From an uncultured delta proteobacterium (GTDB lineage Bacteria; Myxococcota_A; Polyangia; Polyangiales; Polyangiaceae): DNA of 64,000 nucleotides. The notes beneath the pieces were generated by a model. That model saw only the letters and a list, made by a program, of their open reading frames with translations. It had not been told where the DNA came from and did not search any database. Positions 19,191 to 29,352 of the stretch are shown here, piece by piece (the first letter of the stretch is position 1; the number at the start of each line of letters is the position of its first letter). The stretch is taken from positions 256,001-320,000 of the forward strand of contig CAVQUB010000005.1 in the NCBI GenBank assembly GCA_963716725.1, written 5' to 3'. The position numbers and the translations under genes are program-made.

Positions 19191-21368
19191 TCACTTCGGA
19201 CCGGAGCGATCACCTTCGGCGCCTTCTGCCGCGCGCGGAAACACCGGCGAGCGCACCAACTGGTTGAGCAGCCGGAGCGTCGATTGCGGTCGGTCCTGAG
19301 AGAGGTCTTTCCAGTCCGGGTCCGAGGCGCTCAGGTCGTACAGCTCGGGGACTCCGCTCTCGAGCTGCACGATCAGCTTCTCGCCGCCAGCGGGCTCGAT
19401 CACTCCGATCCGCTGCGTGGCCTCGCGACTGCCGCCTAGCAACAGGATCGGTCGTCGGCGCTTCGCCGCTCCGGGCAGCAGGCGCAGCAGGAGATCTTCT
19501 CCCTGGTAGTCGCCCATGGTCGCCCGCGGGTCGAACCAGCGGGCCAGCGTCGGTGCCAGATCCACGAGCGAGACCGGCGTGTCGACCACAGCCGGCGGGC
19601 GTCCGGGCACGCGCAGCGCGAGGGGAACCCGGAGCAGGACGTCCCAGAGGAAGATCGAGTGCACCCAGAAACCATCCCGGCCGACGCCTTCGCCATGATC
19701 GGAGAGAAACACGACGATGGTCTCGTCGCGGAGCCCGAGCTGGTCGAGCCCGCGCAAGAACCGGCCAAATTGCACGTCGATGCCGCGTGCGACGACGGCA
19801 TAGCGCTTCATGCCGTCTCCCTCGGGCATGCTGAAGGTGCGCGCGGTCAGCGCGACGTGTCGGTCGTTCAGCTCGCGCCAGTTGTGTTGGTCGAAGTGGA
19901 AGCTCCAGAGCACGAACGGACGTTCCTGATTCTGCTTCATCCAGTCGAGCGAGCGATCCACCACGTGCTCGGCGGCGGGGTCGTCGGCGCCATAGCCCCA
20001 GACGTCGGTGCGAACGGGCGCGTAGTCGTCCACGATCACCTTTTCGTCGAAGCCGAAATCGGGCGACTCTTTATCGAGAAACTCGTTGGCGGACTGCGGA
20101 ATCACCAGCGCTCGCCGCCAGCCGCCGTCGCGCGCGACCTCCAGGAAGTCGCGCTCTCGACCCGTTCCGGCGACGTAGGTGCCCCGGGTGATCGCCGGGA
20201 GCGAACGCAAGGTGTCCGAGCCGGCGGCATAGGCTCTGGAGAAGTGGATGCTTTCGCGGAAGAAAGCGCTGACGTTGGGCATGACGTCCGGATCGGAGGC
20301 CACGTCGTAGCGCAGGGTATCCACGTAGAAGATCGCCACGTTGAAGCGCTTGCCGCCGCCGCGCATCTTCGCCAGGGCCGCGCGTTGGTCCGGGGTCTCT
20401 TCTGGCGGCCTGCTCCACAGGGGATCCAAGGTCGAGTTTTCGACGTCGTACTGGGCTTTCAAGCGCTCGACCCCGGACGCCGCCGTGCCCTGCCAGCGCT
20501 GGGGGTCATCCAGATACGCGCGGAGCGCGTGCACTCGCGAGACCATGCGCCCTGCGTAGACGGGTTCGACCCAGACGCCGCGCAGGGACCGTTCCACCCA
20601 GGCTCGCGGGCGGGGGATCAGCCAGGCGACGAGCACCCACGCCAGCGAGCAAGCGCCCAGCACCCGCACCCACCACGCCGGCCTCGCCGCGGGCATCAAC
20701 ACCCAGATCGCGGCCAGCACACACAGGCTTGCCATCGCCTCGAGCAATGAGTGCAAGCGCGCGTAGAGCGAGACGTAGAGCGTGAGGTCCACCGCGACGA
20801 AGCTGGCGGCGACGCCGAGCAAGGACAGCGTGACGAGCATCGGGACCACTCGCTCTCCGCGCACGAACCGGTTTCGCCCGACGTGGACCGCGAGCGCCAG
20901 CAGAGCGGCGCCCGTGCCGAGGCCGGCGAGGATCAGCCAAGGACCGAAACGAGCGATCCCGCTGGTGCGGACCCGCGCTCCGCCGAACACCCAGAACGCG
21001 ATGGACCAACTCAGCGCGGCGGCGATCAACGCGGCCAGCGCGGCGCGCAAGCCGAGAGCGAGGCGGGGCCGCCGCTCGGCGACGAGTCGGTGCAGCGCGC
21101 CTTCAGCGAGGAGCCCCAGGTGCAGAATGCAGCCGAGCAGGGAGGCCACCGCGACGAAGAGGACGACCGTGGCGGCGCCCTGGGGCAGGTCCGGGGTCCG
21201 ATGGCCCAACGAGCGGCGCCCGAGGTCGATGGCCGAAAAGGCCAGGCCCACCAGGACGGCGGCGCTCACGCTTCGGAGCAGCGAGTCCAGCGAGCGGACG
21301 ATCAGCGTTCGCCGCTCGACCTCGGAAGCCGAACGGCGCTCTGGGCGCGCGCCTTCGAGAGCGCGCAT
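19191..21368 (-). CDS. Membrane-anchored sulfatase-like/alkaline phosphatase superfamily protein
   Basis: Multiple N-terminal TM segments; YVDTLRYD, AYAAGSDTLRSL, FLSDHGEG, H..FLWDVLLRVPL. Start position uncertain. Confidence 0.82.
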   Translation of the reverse strand: MRALEGARPERRSASEVERRTLIVRSLDSLLRSVSAAVLVGLAFSAIDLGRRSLGHRTPDLPQGAATVVLFVAVASLLGCILHLGLLAEGALHRLVAERRPRLALGLRAALAALIAAALSWSIAFWVFGGARVRTSGIARFGPWLILAGLGTGAALLALAVHVGRNRFVRGERVVPMLVTLSLLGVAASFVAVDLTLYVSLYARLHSLLEAMASLCVLAAIWVLMPAARPAWWVRVLGACSLAWVLVAWLIPRPRAWVERSLRGVWVEPVYAGRMVSRVHALRAYLDDPQRWQGTAASGVERLKAQYDVENSTLDPLWSRPPEETPDQRAALAKMRGGGKRFNVAIFYVDTLRYDVASDPDVMPNVSAFFRESIHFSRAYAAGSDTLRSLPAITRGTYVAGTGRERDFLEVARDGGWRRALVIPQSANEFLDKESPDFGFDEKVIVDDYAPVRTDVWGYGADDPAAEHVVDRSLDWMKQNQERPFVLWSFHFDQHNWRELNDRHVALTARTFSMPEGDGMKRYAVVARGIDVQFGRFLRGLDQLGLRDETIVVFLSDHGEGVGRDGFWVHSIFLWDVLLRVPLALRVPGRPPAVVDTPVSLVDLAPTLARWFDPRATMGDYQGEDLLLRLLPGAAKRRRPILLLGGSREATQRIGVIEPAGGEKLIVQLESGVPELYDLSASDPDWKDLSQDRPQSTLRLLNQLVRSPVFPRAAEGAEGDRSGPK

Positions 21369-21444
21369 GACGTTCACTTCGACGTCGCGCACTGAGCGGG
21401 CAGGATAGCGAAGATACGCCGGGGCGGTAGGCAATCGTGCCGCA

Positions 21445-22746
21445 TCAGGCGGCGGGCGCTTCGGTCGAAGCCGTCTTCCCATCTTCGGGGGCGGCCAAGC
21501 GTCGCGCCAGGACCTTGATGGTCAGGCCTTGGACCAAGATGGACGACACGACGACCCCGTAGGTGATGGCCAGGATCGCGTCCCGATGGGGTCCGTGGGG
21601 CAAACTGAGGGCGAGCGCGATGGAAATGCCGCCGCGCAAGCCCCCCCAGGTCAGCAGCCGCACCGTGCCCCTGGGGATCTGCCACCTCGAGCGAAATGCG
21701 AGCAGCGGGAGCCCGACGGTCACGTAGCGAGCGGCGAGGACCAGCAGTGCAGCGAAGGCGGAGGCAACGAGCACCTGCTGATTCAGCTTGATCAAGATCA
21801 CTTCGAGCCCGATCAGCACGAACAGGACTGCGTTGAGCATCTCGTCGATCAGCTCCCAGAACTTGTCGAGGTTCTCGCGAGTGCGGTCGCTCATCGCGAA
21901 GCTGCGCCCGTGATTGCCGATCAAGAGCCCGGCCACGACCACCGCGATGGGTCCCGAGACGTGTAGGCGGCGCGCCAGCGCTTGGCTGCTCACGACCAGC
22001 GCCAACGTGAGCAGGATCTCCGCCTGATAGTCGTCCACGCGTCGGATCATCAGGTAGGTCACCCAGCCCAAGAGCAGCCCCAGCACGGCGCCCCCCAGGA
22101 CCTCTCGCACGAACATGATGGCGATCCCCACCGGTTCGGCGCTGCCGGCCCCGGTCGCAAGCCGGACCAACACCACGAACACCACGACTGCCACGCCGTC
22201 GTTGAACAGAGACTCCCCGGCGATCTGCGTTGAAAGCCGCTTGGGAACCTTCGCGGTCTTCAAAATGGCGAGCACCGCAATCGGATCGGTGGGCGAGATC
22301 AAGGCACCGAAGAGCAGACACACGAAGAACGGGATGCCGAGCCCCATCCAACCAAAGAGCAGCCACCCACCCGCGCCGACCAAGAATGTGGAGCCGACGA
22401 CGCCCACCGTGGCCAGGATGCCGATGATGCCTTTGTTCTTGGACAGATCCCCGAGATCGATGTGCAACGAGCCCGCGAAGAGCAGGAAACACAACATGCC
22501 GTGCAGCAGGGTTTCGCTGAAATTGACCCGCTCGAGAAAGGCTCGCACCGTGGGGCTGAGCCCGATTCCGAAATGATCGACCACCAGCAGGGTTCCCGAA
22601 AACACCAGCGCGACCAGCATCAAGCCGATGGTCGTGGGCAAGCGCAGCCAGCGTGTGTTCAGGTAGCTGAACACGGCGGCCAAGGTGACCAGGATGGCGA
22701 TGACGTCGAAGGCAATCACGGGAGCGCTGGACCCTAACATCTCCAC
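21445..22746 (-). CDS. Na+/H+ antiporter (CPA1/NhaP family)
   Basis: FGALISPTDPIAV, GESLFNDG, WGGLRGGISIALAL. Confidence 0.93.
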   Translation of the reverse strand: MEMLGSSAPVIAFDVIAILVTLAAVFSYLNTRWLRLPTTIGLMLVALVFSGTLLVVDHFGIGLSPTVRAFLERVNFSETLLHGMLCFLLFAGSLHIDLGDLSKNKGIIGILATVGVVGSTFLVGAGGWLLFGWMGLGIPFFVCLLFGALISPTDPIAVLAILKTAKVPKRLSTQIAGESLFNDGVAVVVFVVLVRLATGAGSAEPVGIAIMFVREVLGGAVLGLLLGWVTYLMIRRVDDYQAEILLTLALVVSSQALARRLHVSGPIAVVVAGLLIGNHGRSFAMSDRTRENLDKFWELIDEMLNAVLFVLIGLEVILIKLNQQVLVASAFAALLVLAARYVTVGLPLLAFRSRWQIPRGTVRLLTWGGLRGGISIALALSLPHGPHRDAILAITYGVVVSSILVQGLTIKVLARRLAAPEDGKTASTEAPAA

Positions 22747-22818
22747 CCAGGCGGACGAATTGGGGCGTCGGCCTGGGAACTCACCGCGCCTCGGCGAATC
22801 GATCCTATCGAAGGGGCT

Positions 22819-24579
22819 CTAGCCGCGAGCTGCCACGAATCCGAGCACGGCTTCGCGCTCGGAACGGCTCAGGTCAAACAGGTCGAACACTCGCTCGTCG
22901 AGCTCCAAGCGCGCCGAAGGCTCGACGCCGGACACGGTGATGCGGCGAGTCAGCTCCGCCAGAGCCGCGAAGGCACGCGGCTGCTGGGGTGGACGGGGCA
23001 GCGCCCGAAGGTGGCTGACCTTCACCTGAGGGAACGCGGCCTGACGCGCGTCGCGACGCAGAGCCAGGTGCAGGGCGCGGTAGAGCGAGCTGTTCAGGAG
23101 GGCAACTGCGAGCTCGGGGGTGATCTCGTCGTGGTCGAAGCCCGCGAGCAGAGTATTTCGAAACGGCAGCCCCGAGTAGAGCGCGGCGATGGGATACTTG
23201 GCGGTCTGCCGCACCACGAAGCGGGCACGGTGGAAGTGCTCCGGGGGTCGCAGGCGACACCCGGCGCGAGCCAGCGCGTCTCGATCCGGGTCCAGGAATA
23301 GCGCCGGCGCCCCGACGCGGAACTCGCCGACGCGCTTGCCTTCGAGCAAGGGCAGCGTGTGCCTCTCATCGGGCTCGTCCGCGCGAAGAAAGAGCGTCTT
23401 GGCGACGTTGCCCGCGCTCTGAAAGCCGAGCTCTCCGAACAGCTCCCGCGGCAAGCTCGGCAGGCTGGCGACGCGCTTCAGCACCTCCGGAACCTCGATC
23501 TCGGTCGCCGCGCCCGCTTTGCGCTGGCGCTCCATCAACCGCAACGGTCGGCCGTCGGTCGCGCCGCTGCCGGGTCGAGCGATCAGCGCGAAACACGGCT
23601 GAGTCACGCCGTCGAAAGCGTCTTGACCCAGCTCGAGCAGCGGTTCGCAGGGCGCGTGCGTAGCGCCGAGCACGCGACGCACCGGGCGGTAGCCCTCGAG
23701 ATCGGCGAGCGGGCTCGGGACCAAGAGCGCGATCACGCCGCTCGGAGCCAGCTCCGTCGCGCGCTCGACGAAGAGCCCCTGCAAGGTCGGGTAGCCTCGA
23801 AACGATCGAAAGTCGCGCGCCAGCTGCCGCCGCACTTCGGGATCGATGCGCTGAGCTGCGCGGCCGGCGTAGGCGACCCAGGGAGGATTGCCGATCACGA
23901 GATCGAATCCGCGCTGATCGACGGCGAGCAGATCGCGTTCCCAGCCACGGACGAGGGCGTCCCCCGAGACCAAGCGCTGGCGCAGCGGCGTTGGATCGAA
24001 GTGTGGATCGGCACACCACAGCCAGAGCGCAGCCTCGGTCACGGCGACTGCGAGGGGGTCGAGATCCACGCCGTGGATGTGATCGAGGGCCGCACGCGGA
24101 TCGAGCTGCGCACGCTGGGCCAACTGGCGCGCGGCTTCCAGTAGGAAGACGCCGCCTCCCGACGCGGGATCACAGATTGAAGGCGAGGTGACGGATTCGT
24201 TCAGCGCGGCCTCGGTCACTCGCGCCGCGATCTCTACGGGCGTGAAGTAGCTGCCGGTGCGCTTGCGCCCGACCGTATCGAGCAATACTTCGTGCAGGTG
24301 TCCGAGCGAGACGACCGGGGCCCGGCCGAAGTGCTCAGCCAGAGCAGAGATTGCAGGGGTATCGAGCGCGGGCTCGTCGCCGGACATCAGCCTCGAGCGC
24401 CGGAACATCTCGCCGTCGAGCCCACGGGCCCTCGCGAGGGCAGAGGCCGCTGCACGCAGCACGGCGCGCGGCGCATCGGGCAGGCCCGAACGCTCGGCCA
24501 CGCACGCCGCGGAGAGCTTGCGCAGTTCTTTCAGCGGCAGGTCCGTCGACAACGGGATCAATCTATCGAAGGCTGGCAC
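22819..24579 (-). CDS. Amino (N6-adenine-type) DNA methyltransferase, gamma order, TaqI-like C-terminal region; no cognate endonuclease nearby
   Basis: GSYFTP, ICDPASGGGVFL (motif I), GVDLDP, FDLVIGNPPW (motif IV), ALLNS. Confidence 0.88.
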   Translation of the reverse strand: MPAFDRLIPLSTDLPLKELRKLSAACVAERSGLPDAPRAVLRAAASALARARGLDGEMFRRSRLMSGDEPALDTPAISALAEHFGRAPVVSLGHLHEVLLDTVGRKRTGSYFTPVEIAARVTEAALNESVTSPSICDPASGGGVFLLEAARQLAQRAQLDPRAALDHIHGVDLDPLAVAVTEAALWLWCADPHFDPTPLRQRLVSGDALVRGWERDLLAVDQRGFDLVIGNPPWVAYAGRAAQRIDPEVRRQLARDFRSFRGYPTLQGLFVERATELAPSGVIALLVPSPLADLEGYRPVRRVLGATHAPCEPLLELGQDAFDGVTQPCFALIARPGSGATDGRPLRLMERQRKAGAATEIEVPEVLKRVASLPSLPRELFGELGFQSAGNVAKTLFLRADEPDERHTLPLLEGKRVGEFRVGAPALFLDPDRDALARAGCRLRPPEHFHRARFVVRQTAKYPIAALYSGLPFRNTLLAGFDHDEITPELAVALLNSSLYRALHLALRRDARQAAFPQVKVSHLRALPRPPQQPRAFAALAELTRRITVSGVEPSARLELDERVFDLFDLSRSEREAVLGFVAARG

Positions 24580-24871
24580 GCATGGAAAGCGCCGGCGGGC
24601 GTTCTGGCGTCAGCGGACCGCAGCCAGCCTTTTCGTCGGCTTCATCGGGGCGAGCGTGCGAGCCCTCGCAGACATCACCTTGTCGGCGGGTTTGCTCCAG
24701 ATGGGCATGAGCGTCAGGGCAGGGGGCCAGGCGTTGCCGGTCGACTCATCGGGCGAGCGGACAGCGGGAACGTGCGCTCAGCTGGAAACATTGCGCCGTG
24801 CTTGCAAAGCAACTGGATCGCAGCGCCGAGATCGGCGGGCCGGGGCTGGACATTGCGCGTACGCTTGGCTC

Positions 24872-25918
24872 ATGCAGCGGGGCTTCTATCTGTGGGTGAT
24901 CGGGTTCGGGTTTGCGATGGCGTGCAGCGCGGCTGCCAACGACGAAGGTGGCGTTGCCGGCGGTGGCGGCGGCCCTGCAGTTGGAGGCGCGGGCGCGAGC
25001 GGCGGCGCGAGCAGTGGTGGGGGTGGTGGCATCAGTTTGGGCGGTGGAGGCGCGGCCGGCAGCTCGGGTGGTGGCGCGGGCGACGGCGCCGCATCCGGGG
25101 GCGCCGCAGGGCAAATCGGCTGTCAGAGTGACGGAGGCGGCGCGACCGGTCCCGGGGGCGCTGGTAGCGGTGGCCCCGAGGTGTGTGGCAACGGTCTGGA
25201 CGACAACGCCAACGGCTTCGTGGACGAAGGCTGCTCCTGCACCGCCGGCTCGACGCAACCCTGTTACGGCGGCCCGGCTTGGGCTGCCGCGAAGGGCAAG
25301 TGCGCGCAGGCGGTCCAGCAGTGCTCGACGACCGGCGAGTTCCCGCAGTGGGGACCGTGCACCGGCTGGGTACCGCCAACCATGGAAGTCTGCGAGGGCT
25401 CGGTGGACGAGGACTGCGACGGGCAGGTCGACGAGAGCTGTGGCTGCTGCAACGGCGATGTCCAGCCTTGCGGCGTGCAGGAAGGCGCGTGCGCGCCGGG
25501 CAGCCACACCTGCGCGAATGGCAAATGGGGCGACTGTCAGGGCGGAGTGATGCCGCAGACGGAGATCTGCGGCAACAAGATCGACGACGACTGCGACGGT
25601 CAGATCGACGAAGGCTGCACCATCGATCTTCCGGTGAACATCAACGGTGACTGCGTGACGGCGACCTGCCCGCCGCAGGCGCCCTACGCCGTCGGTTGTC
25701 AGATCACGATGGCGGGCAACGACGCACGCGGATGCGTGGCAAACAACGGCGGGCCGGTGGTGTATTTTCAAGAAGGTGACAAGTGCGGCGCGGGCAAAGT
25801 GACGGGCACCTTGCTCTGTTCGAGCCAGCCCGGCGCGCCGCTCAGCGCCTCCAACTGCGCGATCAACAAGTCGACCAAGTACTACCCGACATCGAAGGCC
25901 GGCTGCCCCGCGACCTGA
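24872..25918 (+). CDS. Gly-rich, Cys-rich lipoprotein with putative metal-binding repeats (E.CG..DDDCDG..DE)
   Basis: Lipobox FAMAC; repeats EVCGNGLDDNANGFVDEGC, EVCEGSVDEDCDGQVDESC and EICGNKIDDDCDGQIDEGC. Confidence 0.85.
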   Translation: MQRGFYLWVIGFGFAMACSAAANDEGGVAGGGGGPAVGGAGASGGASSGGGGGISLGGGGAAGSSGGGAGDGAASGGAAGQIGCQSDGGGATGPGGAGSGGPEVCGNGLDDNANGFVDEGCSCTAGSTQPCYGGPAWAAAKGKCAQAVQQCSTTGEFPQWGPCTGWVPPTMEVCEGSVDEDCDGQVDESCGCCNGDVQPCGVQEGACAPGSHTCANGKWGDCQGGVMPQTEICGNKIDDDCDGQIDEGCTIDLPVNINGDCVTATCPPQAPYAVGCQITMAGNDARGCVANNGGPVVYFQEGDKCGAGKVTGTLLCSSQPGAPLSASNCAINKSTKYYPTSKAGCPAT

Positions 25919-25948
25919 ACCAGGCAACCGGGTTCGGGGACCCGGGTT

Positions 25949-26932
25949 TCAGCGGGCCGAAGCCAGGCGCTTTGCCAGCTTCATTGCGGCGAGCATGCCC
26001 GAAGCGTCGGCCTTGCGCTGCCAGGCGATGTCGTAGCCCGTGCCGTGATCGACGCTGGTGCGCGTGATGCCCAGGCCCATCGTCACGTTGACCGCGGTGC
26101 CAAAGCTCAGCAGCTTGAGCGGGATGGTCGCCTGGTCGTGGTACATCGCGACCACGCCGTCGAAGTCGCCCGCAAGGGCCTTGCGATAGGCTGTCTCGGC
26201 GCCCAGCGGACCGGACACCTGGGCTCGCTTGCCGAGTGAACGGGCGGCGATGCGGATCCCGGGCACGATCGCGGTGCGCTCTTCGCTGCCGAGCAGCTCG
26301 CCTTCGCCGGCGTGGGGGTTCAAAGATGCGACGGCGATGCGCGGCACTCGGCGTGACCGCGCGGAGAGCAACTCCGAGAGCGCGAGAATGGACCGTGCGA
26401 CTGAAACGCGTGTGACGGCGCGAGGCACGCGGAAGAGGGGCAGGTGAGTGGTCACCAGGCTGGTGACGAGCTTGGGCGACGCGAAGCACATCACCACGTG
26501 CTTGGCGCCGTCGAGCGCTGCGAGATGCTCGGTGTGCCCGATGAACCCTGCGGCGCCGGGGGCGCCCGAGCGGGCAATGGCCTGCTTGCTCACCGGGCCC
26601 GTCACCAGCGCGGTGCCGACGCCAGTGCGGACCAAGCCGTAGGCGACGTCGATGTAGGCGAGCTGAGCCGCGCCGCTGGTCCGAGTTGGACGCCCGGGGC
26701 GTCGGTTCGCGGCGCCCAGAGCGGGGCCCACGTGCAGCACGTGCACTTGACCCTTCCTGGCGCGCTCGGTGAAAGCCACGAGCCGGCTCGCGGCGACGCC
26801 GACTTTGCGTGCTGCCAGCACCAGCGTCTCGAGATCGCCTACCAGCACGCAGGGCTGACCCAGCCGCGCCGCTGCCGCCACCGAAACCTCGGGGCCCACG
26901 CCAGCGGGGCATCCCGTGCTCACTACGATCAT
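25949..26932 (-). CDS. pdxA: 4-hydroxythreonine-4-phosphate dehydrogenase
   Basis: GCPAGVGPE, GHTEHL, LNPHAGE, AMYHDQ, NVTMGL, RTSVDHGT. Confidence 0.93.
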   Translation of the reverse strand: MIVVSTGCPAGVGPEVSVAAAARLGQPCVLVGDLETLVLAARKVGVAASRLVAFTERARKGQVHVLHVGPALGAANRRPGRPTRTSGAAQLAYIDVAYGLVRTGVGTALVTGPVSKQAIARSGAPGAAGFIGHTEHLAALDGAKHVVMCFASPKLVTSLVTTHLPLFRVPRAVTRVSVARSILALSELLSARSRRVPRIAVASLNPHAGEGELLGSEERTAIVPGIRIAARSLGKRAQVSGPLGAETAYRKALAGDFDGVVAMYHDQATIPLKLLSFGTAVNVTMGLGITRTSVDHGTGYDIAWQRKADASGMLAAMKLAKRLASAR

Positions 26933-27687
26933 TCGTTCTCTATCGCGTCGGGCGGGTGGGGAGTCGGCGGCGGCTCCGAAGCGCCGCTTCGCGCTTCGAT
27001 GCCCTCGGGGGCCCGCAGCTTGTAGCCCGATCCGCGCAGCGTATCGAGGGGCAGCGCTTCGCCGAGCTTGGCGCGCAGGCGGCGCACGTGGATGTCCACG
27101 GTGCGCGCCCCGCCCTCGTAGCGATTGCCCCACACGCGCGCCAGCAGGTGGTCCCGCGTCAGCACACGGCCGCGGCGCTCGCAGAGGTAGGCGAGCAGGG
27201 CGAACTCCTTGGCCGTGAGCGCGATGCAGCGCCCTCCCACGCTGACGCTGTGGGCGGCTTTGTCCACGATCAGCGAACCCACCTTCAGGCGTTCGTCGGT
27301 CGAGAACTCGCTCCGTCGCCATTCGATGGAGCGGATGCGTGCGTACAGCTCTTCCGGTACGTAGGGGTGGAGCACGAAGTCGTCGAACCCACTGGACGGT
27401 TCGACGCGTGCGAGCTGGCCCACGGTCAACGCGATCAGCGCTCCGACCCCGTCGAAGCAGCTCTCTTTGCGGACCGCCCGCAGCACCACGATCGCGAGAT
27501 CGGGCCGGTCGAGCGCCTCGAAAACTAGGGCGCGGGCCCGGATTTCTCGCTCGTCGTCGTCGTCGTGCACGAGGTTCAAGGGGTCATCCCACAGATCGAG
27601 CGTGCGGACCGTGGCGCCGAGTTGCCGCAGTGTGCCCGCGGCTCCGTCTTCGCGCTCGAGCAGCGGGCCATGGCCGATCACCCCCAC
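26929..27687 (-). CDS. OmpR-family winged-helix regulator with atypical receiver domain
   Basis: C-terminal LTAKEFALL...RTVDIHVRRLRAKL..TLRGSGY; the receiver lacks the canonical acidic pocket. Start approximate. Confidence 0.85.
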   Translation of the reverse strand: MGVIGHGPLLEREDGAAGTLRQLGATVRTLDLWDDPLNLVHDDDDEREIRARALVFEALDRPDLAIVVLRAVRKESCFDGVGALIALTVGQLARVEPSSGFDDFVLHPYVPEELYARIRSIEWRRSEFSTDERLKVGSLIVDKAAHSVSVGGRCIALTAKEFALLAYLCERRGRVLTRDHLLARVWGNRYEGGARTVDIHVRRLRAKLGEALPLDTLRGSGYKLRAPEGIEARSGASEPPPTPHPPDAIENE

Positions 27688-27715
27688 ATAGGCGCGGGAG
27701 CGCCCGCCGATTGGA

Positions 27716-29161
<1,446 letters not shown>

Positions 29162-29352
29162 CTGAGTGAGACGATGGCGCCGCTCGGTCCGAGCCGCAAC
29201 CGCGGGGAGAAAGCTCCTGTCGACCCGCCGACTTGGACCCCACCCACCCGAAATCCCAAGCCAATTTGACGCTGAGGGCAGCGATCGCGTAGCATTTAGC
29301 GCTCCCCCTCCCCTGCCCGAGCCACGCCCCAGGCTCCGGCGGAAGGCCCCCA

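Noticed and set aside
24610..24708. 32-codon minus-strand ORF (MPIWSKPADK...) upstream of the methyltransferase
   Set aside because: Too short, with no RBS or recognisable motif to support it.
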